Shown: piece after piece, positions 30,889 through 41,372 of the stretch | Numbering within the stretch: the stretch's first letter is position 1 | Layout: every line of letters begins with the position of its first letter | DNA from: an uncultured Rubritalea sp. | Lineage (GTDB): Bacteria > Verrucomicrobiota > Verrucomicrobiia > Verrucomicrobiales > Akkermansiaceae | DNA length: 64,000 nucleotides | Direction: 5' to 3' | Assembly: GCA_937923145.1 (NCBI GenBank) | Contig: CALAJT010000024.1 | Coordinates: 3,563-67,562, forward strand | Made by a program: the position numbers and the translations under genes | Notes under the pieces: model-generated | Told to the model about the DNA's origin: nothing | Database searches by the model: none | The model's input: the letters and a program-made list of their open reading frames with translations, nothing else

Positions 30889-32007
30889 TTATTGATTGAT
30901 CATATCGAGGATGAAGTCTGCGGCGATAGAGGCTCCAGCAGGCTTTTGATGTTGGATGAGATTATGTTTCATCTGGCGCCATTGTGCGGCATCATCGGCT
31001 AGTAGCTCTGCGATAGATTGTTGAATCTGCTCTGGAGATTCGCGGTAGTGACCTGCGCCTATTTTCTCTAGTAGCGCTAGATTTCCTTCCTCCTGTCCGG
31101 GGACTAGATGGTGGATGAGCATAGGACATGATGCTGCAATAGTCTCGTGGACTGTAGCGCCTCCAGCCTTTCCTACTGTCAGGTGATGAGAGCTGAGTAG
31201 CTCAGGAACACGTTGAGTCCAGCCCTTGATTTCGACTCTGCCAGGGAATTCTTTTTGGATCTCACGGGTCTGATCATAAAGCTTTCTGACATTCCTGCCA
31301 AGTACGACGGTAACTGTAGTGCGTTGATTTTTTTCATTTAGAATAGCTCGCATGATACGACGAACTGTCGGTTTTTTGGCTGTTGGGAAATAGAGAACTT
31401 TGAAGGGATCGCAGGGATCGTCCTTGGAGACGCTATTTAGCTCAATAAATTTAGGATGAACAGGGAATCCAGTTTCAATAACCTTCTGATGATCGATACC
31501 ATTTCTAGCCAGAGATTCTTTGGTGAAATGGTCGGTGACTAGGAAATAATCAGTAGGCGCTTTTCTCCAAGCTGCATTGATCTCGATAGAGTCTGTAACT
31601 ATAGTGAAGACAGGAACTTTCGGCACGCCTTTAGCGAATGCTCGTGCTGCATGATAAGGATAGAGGGGATAGGTGCTGACGAATGCGTCTGGCTCAAAGC
31701 TGAGCATAAACTCAGTGAGTGCTAGCTCAGGCTTTCGCATAGTACGGAAGTGTTGCTTAGAGAAATCACGATTTTCGACAGATTTGTAGATCTTATGCCA
31801 GAGCTTAGGAGTGTGGGTCGTGATGAATCGGTAAAACTTTCGTAGCTGGTTATTCGTGAATGGAGCTCCTATAGCACAGGGATCGATGACTTCCGCCTCT
31901 GCTCTATTTTCGAATGCCTTAGCGAGATTATGCGCAGCACTATTATGCCCATCACCAAAACCAGCAGTGGCGATGAGTATTCTGTTAGGCTGTGATAAAT
32001 CATCCAT
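30889..32007 (-). CDS. MGDG-synthase/UgtP-like diacylglycerol glycosyltransferase (GT28)
   Basis: TAGFGDGHNSAA, TIVTD, TGFPV, KAGGATVHE and PGQEEGN motifs. Confidence 0.88.
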   Translation of the reverse strand: MDDLSQPNRILIATAGFGDGHNSAAHNLAKAFENRAEAEVIDPCAIGAPFTNNQLRKFYRFITTHTPKLWHKIYKSVENRDFSKQHFRTMRKPELALTEFMLSFEPDAFVSTYPLYPYHAARAFAKGVPKVPVFTIVTDSIEINAAWRKAPTDYFLVTDHFTKESLARNGIDHQKVIETGFPVHPKFIELNSVSKDDPCDPFKVLYFPTAKKPTVRRIMRAILNEKNQRTTVTVVLGRNVRKLYDQTREIQKEFPGRVEIKGWTQRVPELLSSHHLTVGKAGGATVHETIAASCPMLIHHLVPGQEEGNLALLEKIGAGHYRESPEQIQQSIAELLADDAAQWRQMKHNLIQHQKPAGASIAADFILDMINQ

Positions 32008-32087
32008 TTAATGTCTTATATCAGGAATTTCGATTGCGTCTATGCGGATTTACATACAACTTAGTGGAGCGTTAATAATAATACTAA

Positions 32088-33365
32088 ATGAAAAAATCTA
32101 AGCGACCCGAATTGAAGACAGTTGATGAGTTAGAGGAGGAAGCTCCAGTAGAGAGGCTCAAGGTCAATATGCACGGTGCAGAAGATGGTGCAGGCTCAGA
32201 AATCGATGACATAGACAGTCTACTGAGTGAGAAAAGGTTAGTGGATGATGAGGAGCTAGATAAGCTATTCTCTGATGAAAAGAGAAGTAAGTATGATGAT
32301 GTAGAGATAGAAGTGAGAAAAGCACTTTACCAACCCAAAACCTCTAATGCGCAATTACTACGTGCTAATAAATCAGCAGAGGTGATAAATAAAACGAGGT
32401 CTGAAGAAATCTCTAAGTATAAGACTTTAGAAGATGACTGGGATGGAGTCCTAGAGGAAGAGGCTAAAGCAGGTAAACCGGTATTATATACTGCTCTTAC
32501 ATTACTGGCATTAATTATAGGGGCAGGTACATGGGCTCTATGGAATGTGAGTAAGAACGATCAAGTAGCGAACAAAGATATTCATGAATCACGGAAAAAG
32601 GCGCAATTAGAACTAGAGAAAGTGACGGCTGCTGCTGCGATAGAGATTAAGAAGGTGGAAAAGGTCGTAAAGCAATTTGTAGATGCTGAGACACTTGAAG
32701 AGAAGCGGAATTTATTTCACGACTCTGCTAATCTAAAAGATCAAATCACTGCTTACTATCAGATTCCAGAGAATAAGGACGACTATATTAATGTTAATAT
32801 AGTGCGAGTAGTGGAGGAATTAATCGGTAAGCATAAAATGTGGACAGCTATTTGTAGCTACGGTTATAGTACCGACATTAAACATGAATTTTTCTTTCTA
32901 CATAGGCAGACGAATGGTGATTACAAATTAGATTGGAAAGCGATCGCTGGTATACAAGAGAGTGACTGGAGAACATTTGTCAATGAGCAGTCATCGAAAC
33001 CGATAGAGATAAGAGTAATAGTAGAACCGAAGATTTTAGATGGGCATTACAATTGGGGGTTTAGTGATAACGAATATTCTGCCTACAAGCTCACTCTGAA
33101 TGACGAGCAAATATTCTGGGGATACGTGAAAAATGATAATAAAGAGCTAGTAAGTAAGATGAATGAAACGATAATTAATATGAGTGGATTTCAGAGTTTT
33201 TATAAGACTTTAGATCTAAAAATGATACTAAAAGTTAAATTTCATGAAAATACGCACGAACTTAATAAACAGTGTGTAGAGATTACAGAAATTGTGTCAC
33301 CCTACTGGCTAGACTTCAGGGATGAAGAGTTAGAAATCGATGCCGAAGAAAATCCGCAAGAATAA
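32088..33365 (+). CDS. Single-pass membrane hypothetical protein
   Basis: 425 aa with an acidic N-terminal region, one TM segment (about aa 134-152) and a globular C-terminus. Confidence 0.7.
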   Translation: MKKSKRPELKTVDELEEEAPVERLKVNMHGAEDGAGSEIDDIDSLLSEKRLVDDEELDKLFSDEKRSKYDDVEIEVRKALYQPKTSNAQLLRANKSAEVINKTRSEEISKYKTLEDDWDGVLEEEAKAGKPVLYTALTLLALIIGAGTWALWNVSKNDQVANKDIHESRKKAQLELEKVTAAAAIEIKKVEKVVKQFVDAETLEEKRNLFHDSANLKDQITAYYQIPENKDDYINVNIVRVVEELIGKHKMWTAICSYGYSTDIKHEFFFLHRQTNGDYKLDWKAIAGIQESDWRTFVNEQSSKPIEIRVIVEPKILDGHYNWGFSDNEYSAYKLTLNDEQIFWGYVKNDNKELVSKMNETIINMSGFQSFYKTLDLKMILKVKFHENTHELNKQCVEITEIVSPYWLDFRDEELEIDAEENPQE

Positions 33366-33430
33366 GATTGGCACTTGCGCAACGGGAGTCATGCACTTAA
33401 GTGAAGCAATCAACATACAATATTATTGAA

Positions 33431-34159
33431 ATGAAAATGATCTACCTAATTCCTAAACCATTGTTAGTGCTCTGTAGTCTAGCGCTCTCAGTGCTCAGTA
33501 TTTCAGCGGCTAATCCTCCGAAACAGCTAGGAGCCTATTTAGAAAAAAATAAGCCTGTTCGTGGTGAAATCGTACAGCTAGATGTACCAGCAGAATTTAG
33601 AAAATTTGAGTTAGTGTTACTTAAGGCTAAGGAGAAAGACCCTAAGTGGTTCAGTGAACACATAGCAAAATCTGGTAAGGATTCTACCATACCTGATTAC
33701 CATAAAAAATTAGGAATCACTAAATCTGAATACAATAGGTTTATCAAAATATGGGGTCAACGTAAGTATAAGAAAGTAGAGGATGGCGATGTCCAACTAA
33801 TGCTCACAGAAGATGCTGATAAAAATTGGATTATCAATGTTTCTGGTAAAGGCGTACCTATCTCACTCATAAAATACATACCTGCTGAAGATACCTTCAA
33901 ATCTAGTAATGGCATGATGAAGAGAATAGAGGATATCGACTCTCCAGCAGATAGTATCTATAGAGCTTGGAAAGGACACGAGTGGCGTTATTTCCACGAA
34001 ACACCACTTTTAAAAGTGAAAGAAAACCTTGCGATAGGGCGCACTGCTGACACCAGATATGGCATTCTTATCTATTCTCTTCAGGAAGTTACTTCAGAAG
34101 GAACTCCTCTAGCAGATAGACTAATGATCATCAGGTTCGTTCCTAAGAAACTGAAATAA
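33431..34159 (+). CDS. Secreted hypothetical protein
   Basis: Signal-peptide-like N-terminus from ATG 33431. No family recognised. Confidence 0.7.
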   Translation: MKMIYLIPKPLLVLCSLALSVLSISAANPPKQLGAYLEKNKPVRGEIVQLDVPAEFRKFELVLLKAKEKDPKWFSEHIAKSGKDSTIPDYHKKLGITKSEYNRFIKIWGQRKYKKVEDGDVQLMLTEDADKNWIINVSGKGVPISLIKYIPAEDTFKSSNGMMKRIEDIDSPADSIYRAWKGHEWRYFHETPLLKVKENLAIGRTADTRYGILIYSLQEVTSEGTPLADRLMIIRFVPKKLK

Positions 34160-34162
34160 ACC

Positions 34163-35719
34163 ATGCTGCCTAGCAATAGTCTAGGTAGCGAAAATCCTTT
34201 GGACTCGGAAGAAAAAATATCGAAAGAGCCTAATGCTCATAAGAAAGGTTGGAAGAAGAAGGTAATTTACCTACTTCTCTTCACCCTATTGCTCTACCCT
34301 CTATCTTTACTGCTGATTAATACACCGTGGGTTAAGTCTAAGATAACCTCTAAGTTAGCGCAAAAAACAGGTTTAGACTGGCAAGTAGGCTCGATAACAT
34401 GGGTTCCATTCGGTGATGTCTATGTGAATGATCTAGAGACAGTAGCAGTAAATGAAGATAAAACCGGAGGGATTTCATTAGAGTTAATTTCTGTCTCACC
34501 TCTATGGGGCAGGGTGATTACTGGAGATCTAGTTTGGGATGAGATTCGGCTAGACGGACTTGAGCTAGATGTAGAGCGAGCATGGCTGGAAGAGATGATT
34601 AAAAAGTCTTCCAGCGCAAATCTGCCGCAACTTAGAGAGGAGCCTAAGGTAGCCCCTCCGCTCAAAGTGGAGCCTATTAAACCTGGCGAAAAAGATCCAC
34701 CTATAGCCAAGCACCCTAAGCCAACTGCTCCTACAAAGATTAAGCCTAAGAAAGAAACTATTGCAGATGAGCCAGAAGTTCCAGAGCAAACACTCATCGT
34801 TACAGGTCTAAATATTAAAGTAAGAGACGAGGATAGTATCCTGTTTCAGAGTAACAGTATAGCACTAGATATACCGTTTGCAGGTAAAAGCAGAAACGGC
34901 TCGATAAGCATGACCAGTGATACAGGTGATCTAGAGAAAATTCCAGTCATTTGGAATGAAAAAAATGTGTTAATTGATAAAGGTGGTATAGAAATTTTGG
35001 GGATTAAAATAGACTTAAAAACTCGTATTAACACATTCTCAAAATCCCCAATGTTTGCCTACAGTATCAATATCATTGATCAGCCATATCATTACGAACT
35101 TCATAAGCCTAACGTGCATGTGAAGCTTCATGCTGAGCGTATAGAGGGGCAATTCATCATGAGTGGAAACCTCCTAAGCCCTCAGACCTGGAACGGGCTT
35201 GGAGGTATTCAGTTTAGTAAGTTCTCGATCCAGGAGACACAAAAAACAATGGCTAAGCTAGAGTTTGATGAAGTCTATGCAAGAGGTCGGATGATGCAGG
35301 GGAGTATCTTAGTCGATGACGCTACGGCAAGAGGCGACTCGCTAACATTCATGGCTAATGGTGTAGTGAGTAAAAACACATACTCTTTTGGAGTCTTACG
35401 TTGCATTGCGAATGAAGAATATTGCAAGAAACTAACAGGAATATATCTAGGTTCACGCGCTATTAAAATAGATACGGGAACTGGACCTTTATTTGTAGAT
35501 CTACAGACGCCAGATCGTAAAATTTTAGACCTCTACTTCGACGGTAAGCTCAATAACATGGAATTTAAGCACAAAGGGAATAAGCAATGGCAATCGCTGA
35601 ATCAATTTTTTAAGGCTCTCAAGAAGTTTAAAGATGATGAATTGAAAGAAGATGGTATTTATCAGTTAGAAAATGAGCCTACCAAAATGAAAAAATCCAC
35701 ACCAGCTAATTTAAAATAA
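34163..35719 (+). CDS. Membrane-anchored hypothetical protein, AsmA-like N-terminus
   Basis: TM anchor, then KITSKLAQKTGLDWQVGSITWVPFGDVYVNDL and a Pro/Lys-rich linker. Confidence 0.55.
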   Translation: MLPSNSLGSENPLDSEEKISKEPNAHKKGWKKKVIYLLLFTLLLYPLSLLLINTPWVKSKITSKLAQKTGLDWQVGSITWVPFGDVYVNDLETVAVNEDKTGGISLELISVSPLWGRVITGDLVWDEIRLDGLELDVERAWLEEMIKKSSSANLPQLREEPKVAPPLKVEPIKPGEKDPPIAKHPKPTAPTKIKPKKETIADEPEVPEQTLIVTGLNIKVRDEDSILFQSNSIALDIPFAGKSRNGSISMTSDTGDLEKIPVIWNEKNVLIDKGGIEILGIKIDLKTRINTFSKSPMFAYSINIIDQPYHYELHKPNVHVKLHAERIEGQFIMSGNLLSPQTWNGLGGIQFSKFSIQETQKTMAKLEFDEVYARGRMMQGSILVDDATARGDSLTFMANGVVSKNTYSFGVLRCIANEEYCKKLTGIYLGSRAIKIDTGTGPLFVDLQTPDRKILDLYFDGKLNNMEFKHKGNKQWQSLNQFFKALKKFKDDELKEDGIYQLENEPTKMKKSTPANLK

Positions 35720-35758
35720 GCCGATGTGGATTTGAAAGTTGTCGATCTTCTTACAATA

Positions 35759-36370
35759 TTACCAAGAAGTGATATTTTCTGGATCCCAAGATCTATCTTC
35801 GGATTGAGTAGCACTAATAACTTCTAGATTTTGAAAGCCACTGAATGCTCCGTTGAGTGCTCCAGTATCGACTTTGCCATCTCCTCCATAGTCCAAGCGC
35901 AAGTTATAAGGGTTAGCCCATGGGTCTAGTAGTGCGCTAATGACTTCATCAGTACCCACAGTTGTATAAATTATGCCACCCTTGGAGTTGTCTGCCCTTG
36001 TACCTGTAAAGTATTCGATGCCCTTATAATTTACATCATCGTCTTTTGCCATGAGGACTCTGAGTAGATTCACACCTGAACTACCTGCGCTGGTCTCTAA
36101 GTTTGTATCATCAGTTGGAACTTCATCTCCAACATAAGGCAAATAGCTATACTCAGCTTTAAAAGAATCTACTGCTACCTCAATATCGTTGCATACAGCA
36201 CGAACCTTAGTAATTTTTCCTTTGTTCATGAAGCCTAGAACAGGACCAGCTGAGATTGTAGCTAGAACAGCGATGATCGCCATGACTACGAGTAGCTCAA
36301 TAAGCGTGAATCCTTTTCTAGCGCTACGTTTAGAATGTAGGTAGAGTTTATTATTTATATATATATTCAT
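35759..36370 (-). CDS. Prepilin-type N-terminal cleavage/methylation domain protein
   Basis: KG|FTLIELLVVMAIIAVLA class III signal and DPWANPY motif. Confidence 0.9.
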   Translation of the reverse strand: MNIYINNKLYLHSKRSARKGFTLIELLVVMAIIAVLATISAGPVLGFMNKGKITKVRAVCNDIEVAVDSFKAEYSYLPYVGDEVPTDDTNLETSAGSSGVNLLRVLMAKDDDVNYKGIEYFTGTRADNSKGGIIYTTVGTDEVISALLDPWANPYNLRLDYGGDGKVDTGALNGAFSGFQNLEVISATQSEDRSWDPENITSW

Positions 36371-36521
36371 AGATAGTAGTAATTTATGTTATTTAAAAAA
36401 AAGAAGAGTCAACTTAGCGAACTTCAGTTATAATTAATTCTTTAATAATCTAGCATAGAGAATGTAGCTCAGCAAACTTAAAAGGATTGTGCAAATGAGC
36501 TTCCGCGTGCAATGTGTTGAC

Positions 36522-38846
36522 ATGAAAAGTATGAAACAACGAATCCTACAGCTAATGCAGGGAAAAGGATACAAGTCATTGACCAAATCCGAGCTTTCCA
36601 GAGCAATAGGTGTTCAGAGTGATGAACGCTCTCAGATAAGGTCTGTGCTGAATAAAATGGAGCGCAGTGGGGAAGTCGTTATGAATAAACAATCTCGCTA
36701 CGGACTTAGTAGAAATGGAGCGGCTAAAGACAAAGGTAGAGAAAATGGTAGAGTGAAAGACAGAAAGAAAAGAGGGATGCAGGGGAATAATATGACTGGC
36801 ACAATTCGTTTTCAACATCAAGGACACGCTTGGTTTTACCCAGACCCAAGCAGTGAGGAGAATGTTAAAGCAGGTTTTGATATAGAGAAATACGACCGTG
36901 TCTACATCGACGCCCGTGATACAGCCGTCGCTCTAGACGGTGATAAAGTGACCGCTAGGGTGAAAGAGCAGCCGAAAGAGAATGAACAAGCTCCGAATTT
37001 TACTAACAAAAGAGCTGATAAAAAAGGTGGAAAGTTCAAAGGACGTAAAAAGCCATCTACAAAGCCTTGGGAAAAAGGACCTACCGGTAAGGTAATTGAA
37101 GTCCTGGAAAGGGTGAATAGCAATGTGCTAGGAATTTACCGTGAGAAAGGAAAGTTTAAGTTTGTAGAGCCAGACTTCTCTGGATTTCCTAAAAACATGG
37201 AACTTATAGCAGGGGACAAAGGTGTGTCAGGTGGAGCTAAAAAGGGTCAGAGCGTGGTAGTAGAGCTCATCAAGTGGACTAGCAAGTTTACTGATCCAGT
37301 GGGTAAAATCATTGAGGTGCTAGGCTGGCCAGAAGACCCAGGCGTAGATATTGTGAGCGTGATTCATAAGTATAACCTACGCCAGGGATTCCCTGCGGAA
37401 GTATTACAAGCCGCTGAGGTAATCACAGAAAAAATTCCTAAAGAAGAATATGAGCGCAGAGAAGACTGGCGTGATGAATTAGTAGTCACAGTAGACCCTG
37501 CTGATGCGAAGGATTATGATGATGCTGTCATCGTAAAGCCTCTTCCTGTAGAAGAAGGTGGTGGCTGGGAGCTAGCAGTTCACATCGCTGATGTATCGCA
37601 CTATGTGAAGCCGGGTTCTGATTTAGATATCGAAGCGAAGCAGAGAGGAAATAGCACATATCTAGTAGATAGAGTATTACCCATGCTACCTGAGAAAATC
37701 TCTAACAATGTCTGTAGCTTGAAAGGGAATGTAGACCGTCTTACCAAATGTGCTGTGATGAAATTTGACCATACTGGAAAGCGAATATCGGCTAGATTCT
37801 GTGATGCTGTGATTCACAGTAAAGCTAGAATGTCCTACGAAGAAGCACAAGTGATGCTACAAGATAAGAATGCAAATTCAGACATAGCTAAAGGTCTCAA
37901 GGAAACATGGAAGCTAGCAAGTATCCTACGTAAAAAGCGTTTTGCAGATGGGGCACTCGATCTTGAATTTCCAGAAGTAAAAGTAGTTTTAGATGGTAAT
38001 CTCAAAGCTGTCGGAATTGAAAATGTGATCCATAACGAAAGTCACCAAATGGTGGAGGAGTGTATGCTCGCCGCGAACGAAGCGGTAGCTGTTGAACTCA
38101 AAATGAAGCGTAAGAATGCGATTTACAGAATTCACGAAGACCCAGACGCCGATAAGCTCAATGAGTTCGCTGAGAATGCGCGCGCTCAGGGATACCAAGT
38201 AGGCGACCTTACTAACAAGAAACATATCCAAGACCTCTTCGATAAAGTAAAAGGCAATCCAGACGAGGAAAGTATCAAGATAGGCTTGCTGAAGAGTCTC
38301 AAGCGGGCTGCCTACAGCACTGATGGTTTAGGGCATTACGGTCTAGCTAAAATGGACTACTGTCACTTTACTAGCCCGATTCGTAGATACGCCGACCTCA
38401 TCGTCCACCGTGCGATGCAGGGGCTCTTACAGAACCCACCTAAGAAAATAGATCATAATCCTAAGCTCGCTGACATGAGAGAAGTCGCTGATCATATTTC
38501 TAACACCGAGCGCAAGAGCGCTGAAGCAGAAATGGCGACTAAGAAAATGAAGATGATGGAATATCTCTCCAAACTAGCCAGAGATGGAAAATCTGATGTC
38601 TTCGAAGCGATGGTGACAGATGTCCGCAGGATGGGACTATTCGTAGAAATCTCTACGATGAGAATTAAAGGACTTGTGAAAGTAGAAGATTTACCTGGTA
38701 GAGAATACGGTAGCTGGCGCATGGAAGGTATGCGCTTCGTAAGTAGTGATGGCACAGAAATAGCGCTAGGAGCAAAGGTGAAAGTAGAAATCAAGAAGAT
38801 CGATACTGAGCGAAATATGGTTGATTTCAGACTAACTGAATTTTAA
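36522..38846 (+). CDS. rnr: Ribonuclease R
   Basis: DPADAKDYDDA, HIADVSHYV, RGNSTYL, HYGLA, HFTSPIRRYADL and a C-terminal S1 domain. Start probably ATG 36522. Confidence 0.96.
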   Translation: MKSMKQRILQLMQGKGYKSLTKSELSRAIGVQSDERSQIRSVLNKMERSGEVVMNKQSRYGLSRNGAAKDKGRENGRVKDRKKRGMQGNNMTGTIRFQHQGHAWFYPDPSSEENVKAGFDIEKYDRVYIDARDTAVALDGDKVTARVKEQPKENEQAPNFTNKRADKKGGKFKGRKKPSTKPWEKGPTGKVIEVLERVNSNVLGIYREKGKFKFVEPDFSGFPKNMELIAGDKGVSGGAKKGQSVVVELIKWTSKFTDPVGKIIEVLGWPEDPGVDIVSVIHKYNLRQGFPAEVLQAAEVITEKIPKEEYERREDWRDELVVTVDPADAKDYDDAVIVKPLPVEEGGGWELAVHIADVSHYVKPGSDLDIEAKQRGNSTYLVDRVLPMLPEKISNNVCSLKGNVDRLTKCAVMKFDHTGKRISARFCDAVIHSKARMSYEEAQVMLQDKNANSDIAKGLKETWKLASILRKKRFADGALDLEFPEVKVVLDGNLKAVGIENVIHNESHQMVEECMLAANEAVAVELKMKRKNAIYRIHEDPDADKLNEFAENARAQGYQVGDLTNKKHIQDLFDKVKGNPDEESIKIGLLKSLKRAAYSTDGLGHYGLAKMDYCHFTSPIRRYADLIVHRAMQGLLQNPPKKIDHNPKLADMREVADHISNTERKSAEAEMATKKMKMMEYLSKLARDGKSDVFEAMVTDVRRMGLFVEISTMRIKGLVKVEDLPGREYGSWRMEGMRFVSSDGTEIALGAKVKVEIKKIDTERNMVDFRLTEF

Positions 38847-38870
38847 TAGGTATGATGCAAGAGCGAGAAC

Positions 38871-41348
38871 CTATTTTCGCTCTTCATCTATTCTCAAGGT
38901 TGCAGAGCCACTAGATTGCACGATAGCTTGATTCTTTTCTTTGATGGTAATCAGGCAGTTAATACCTGCTGCCTGACCTAGAAGTGCTTCTGATGTAGCT
39001 CGGATCTCGAAAGAAATTTCTTTCATGCCTGCAGTGATTTGAATATCTTTTACTAGCTCTACGCCGGTGGGAAGGTTTTTAAGGGTGGCTACAGCTGGTC
39101 CAGGGAGAGGTCTAACATGCTTGATAGTTCCTTTGATGATACCTTTCTTTCCACGTTCGATAGCGGTTCGAGCTAGCTTGATGGAGAGATAGGGAGCTAC
39201 TACCTCATATTCGATGGGTGTGGATGATACATGATGAAGGTTCAAGCCCGTGGATACAACACCACCAGTTGCTTCATATGCGGTGAGAGTGAAAGGGTAC
39301 TTTTTAGCAGCAGCACGTTCATTGGCAGTGAGTCGGAAAACGGCACGGTCTTCGCCTGCCGCAACCGTGAGTGGAGGTGATGAGGTGATGTTATTCGGAG
39401 TCCAGAGTGAGCGAAGGATGATGGGACCTTTGTAGCCGCTCGAACGGTCAATCTTAACATCAAGATCGAGAAAGGCATTTTGTGCTAAACCTACGCTAGG
39501 CTTCGCTACTCTCACGCGGAATGGTGCTGGATTGACAACTGAGAAAGCAAATTTGCGAGTGATACGATAAAAGCCACTACATAATCCTCCGCGACCAGGG
39601 AGCCGTGACTGAACCAAGACGAAACCGCCATCAAGTTGGACGTCCTTATCAACAGGCTTTAGTTCGATTTCTGGAAACCCTGACCAAGGTGGAGTGCCTC
39701 GTTTGGCATTAAACATAAGCTGTATGACTCGGTCATTTTTGCTGATTCTTAATGGTATGAAAGTGACTCCACGTGGTAGCCCTTTGACTACTATATCGAA
39801 CTCTCCATCATAGTCAGTGATTGCTGGTCTGATTAGGTGAAAGGTGCGCTCTATAGAGCTCCCGGAGTGAAGAACTACAGCTTCGCGTTTTTCGATGTGT
39901 TCACGGAAATCCTGCACATTGTGGAGCCAAAAGCGGTTTTGAGCGGGTTGGATTTCGACTCGGTATACGAAGTCTGGTCCGAAAAGACGCTGGTTGTCAG
40001 AAACACTTAGAAGATAATCTCCATCTACATCAGGTTCGAAAACGACGATGGGATCTGCGAGGTCTTTCATGTGCCACCTTCCGTGTACAGCTAGGTCATG
40101 ATCATTCCATTTAGAGTCATCAGCTACTATATTGATCTTGCTATTGTTGCCACTAGCAGGACGAATCTGTATGATGGGATCAAGTGGTGAACCACAAGTA
40201 CCAGCGTATGTGCGAATAAGGTAGCGCTTTCCAGCCTTTGCGCTGAAGCGATACCAGTCAGTTTCGTTTTCAGATTCTATTTTACCATTGAATGCAATAG
40301 GAAGATTTCCATTATAAACCTGTGCGGTTTCTTCTGTGTTATGGTCAGTATTATTTTCTAAGACATTAGGGAAGTCTGCCACTTTGAGATGGAGTGGGAT
40401 CACTGCTTTATCATGGTAATAGTCTAGTACCGCAGCTTCGTAAGCTGGAGTCTTTTTAGGCAGCCTGATTTGCGCTTGGATATCTCCAGTTGGATCACCG
40501 ATTAGGGTAGTTTTAAGTGATGTGCCTGCTTGTCCACCTAGTGGGTAAGCTATTTTTGGGCGGACTCGATTAGTGAAGTGGATAGCATAGTGTCCTAGAG
40601 TATTTTCGTCATCATTGAAGGGGTGTATGACCACGTAGTGAGTGCCCGCTTCTTTAGCAATATATGTGGCAAAGGGATCGCTATCTCTGAGAGTTGTATC
40701 TCCTGTGGTGAAGAGGACTTTCTTATTTGGTCCATAAAATGTTAGTGAAGCATCAATTGGACTACTAAAGCAAGCACCCCAGACTTCAGCTGTTATGCGT
40801 TCGCCTTTCTTAAGATCGATTTTAAAACAATCTTCGTCAAAATTTGTATAGGCAGGAAAATGTCCCCAGAAAGTTGTGTTAAGTTCGATTTGTTGTGCAT
40901 TTTCTATATTGTTGGCAGCCGCTCCAGCTCGACTATCCTTCATGTAGGGATGGTCTTCACGAATACATGGGAATGGAGTTACCCAGATAGAAAGCAGTTC
41001 GGATAGGCTTTCTTCTGTACGAATACGGAAAAGGTGTTCTCCGATACGACAGTTTTTATCTATGGAAAGTGTTAGATTTACTTCCCTATTGGGATCGGCA
41101 TCTCTTGGAGCATTTAAACTTGCGTTGTAGATTTTCTCGGTCGGTACAGTAGCTTTTACGAATCGAATTCCTTTTGAGTAAGATAGAATACCTTTGATCT
41201 TACTGAGGTTGTTGCCCTCTATCAGAACAGTAACTTCTGTTCCTTTCTGCCCTACTTGTGGAGTGATTTGATTGGCAATGCGGTTATTGTTAGCATTAGA
41301 AATGCTGGGTAATAGGGCGAGAATTGTGACGATGAAAATTTTAAACAT
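38871..41348 (-). CDS. Secreted protein with pre-peptidase C-terminal (PPC)-like domains, typical partner of DUF1549/1553 clusters
   Basis: Signal peptide, PQVGQKGTEVTV, DCFKIDLKKGERI, DWYRFSAKAGKRY, GSPLDP and FVYRVEI. No protease catalytic motif seen. Confidence 0.75.
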   Translation of the reverse strand: MFKIFIVTILALLPSISNANNNRIANQITPQVGQKGTEVTVLIEGNNLSKIKGILSYSKGIRFVKATVPTEKIYNASLNAPRDADPNREVNLTLSIDKNCRIGEHLFRIRTEESLSELLSIWVTPFPCIREDHPYMKDSRAGAAANNIENAQQIELNTTFWGHFPAYTNFDEDCFKIDLKKGERITAEVWGACFSSPIDASLTFYGPNKKVLFTTGDTTLRDSDPFATYIAKEAGTHYVVIHPFNDDENTLGHYAIHFTNRVRPKIAYPLGGQAGTSLKTTLIGDPTGDIQAQIRLPKKTPAYEAAVLDYYHDKAVIPLHLKVADFPNVLENNTDHNTEETAQVYNGNLPIAFNGKIESENETDWYRFSAKAGKRYLIRTYAGTCGSPLDPIIQIRPASGNNSKINIVADDSKWNDHDLAVHGRWHMKDLADPIVVFEPDVDGDYLLSVSDNQRLFGPDFVYRVEIQPAQNRFWLHNVQDFREHIEKREAVVLHSGSSIERTFHLIRPAITDYDGEFDIVVKGLPRGVTFIPLRISKNDRVIQLMFNAKRGTPPWSGFPEIELKPVDKDVQLDGGFVLVQSRLPGRGGLCSGFYRITRKFAFSVVNPAPFRVRVAKPSVGLAQNAFLDLDVKIDRSSGYKGPIILRSLWTPNNITSSPPLTVAAGEDRAVFRLTANERAAAKKYPFTLTAYEATGGVVSTGLNLHHVSSTPIEYEVVAPYLSIKLARTAIERGKKGIIKGTIKHVRPLPGPAVATLKNLPTGVELVKDIQITAGMKEISFEIRATSEALLGQAAGINCLITIKEKNQAIVQSSGSATLRIDEERK

Positions 41349-41372
41349 GAAATGAATAATTGTTGAAATTTA

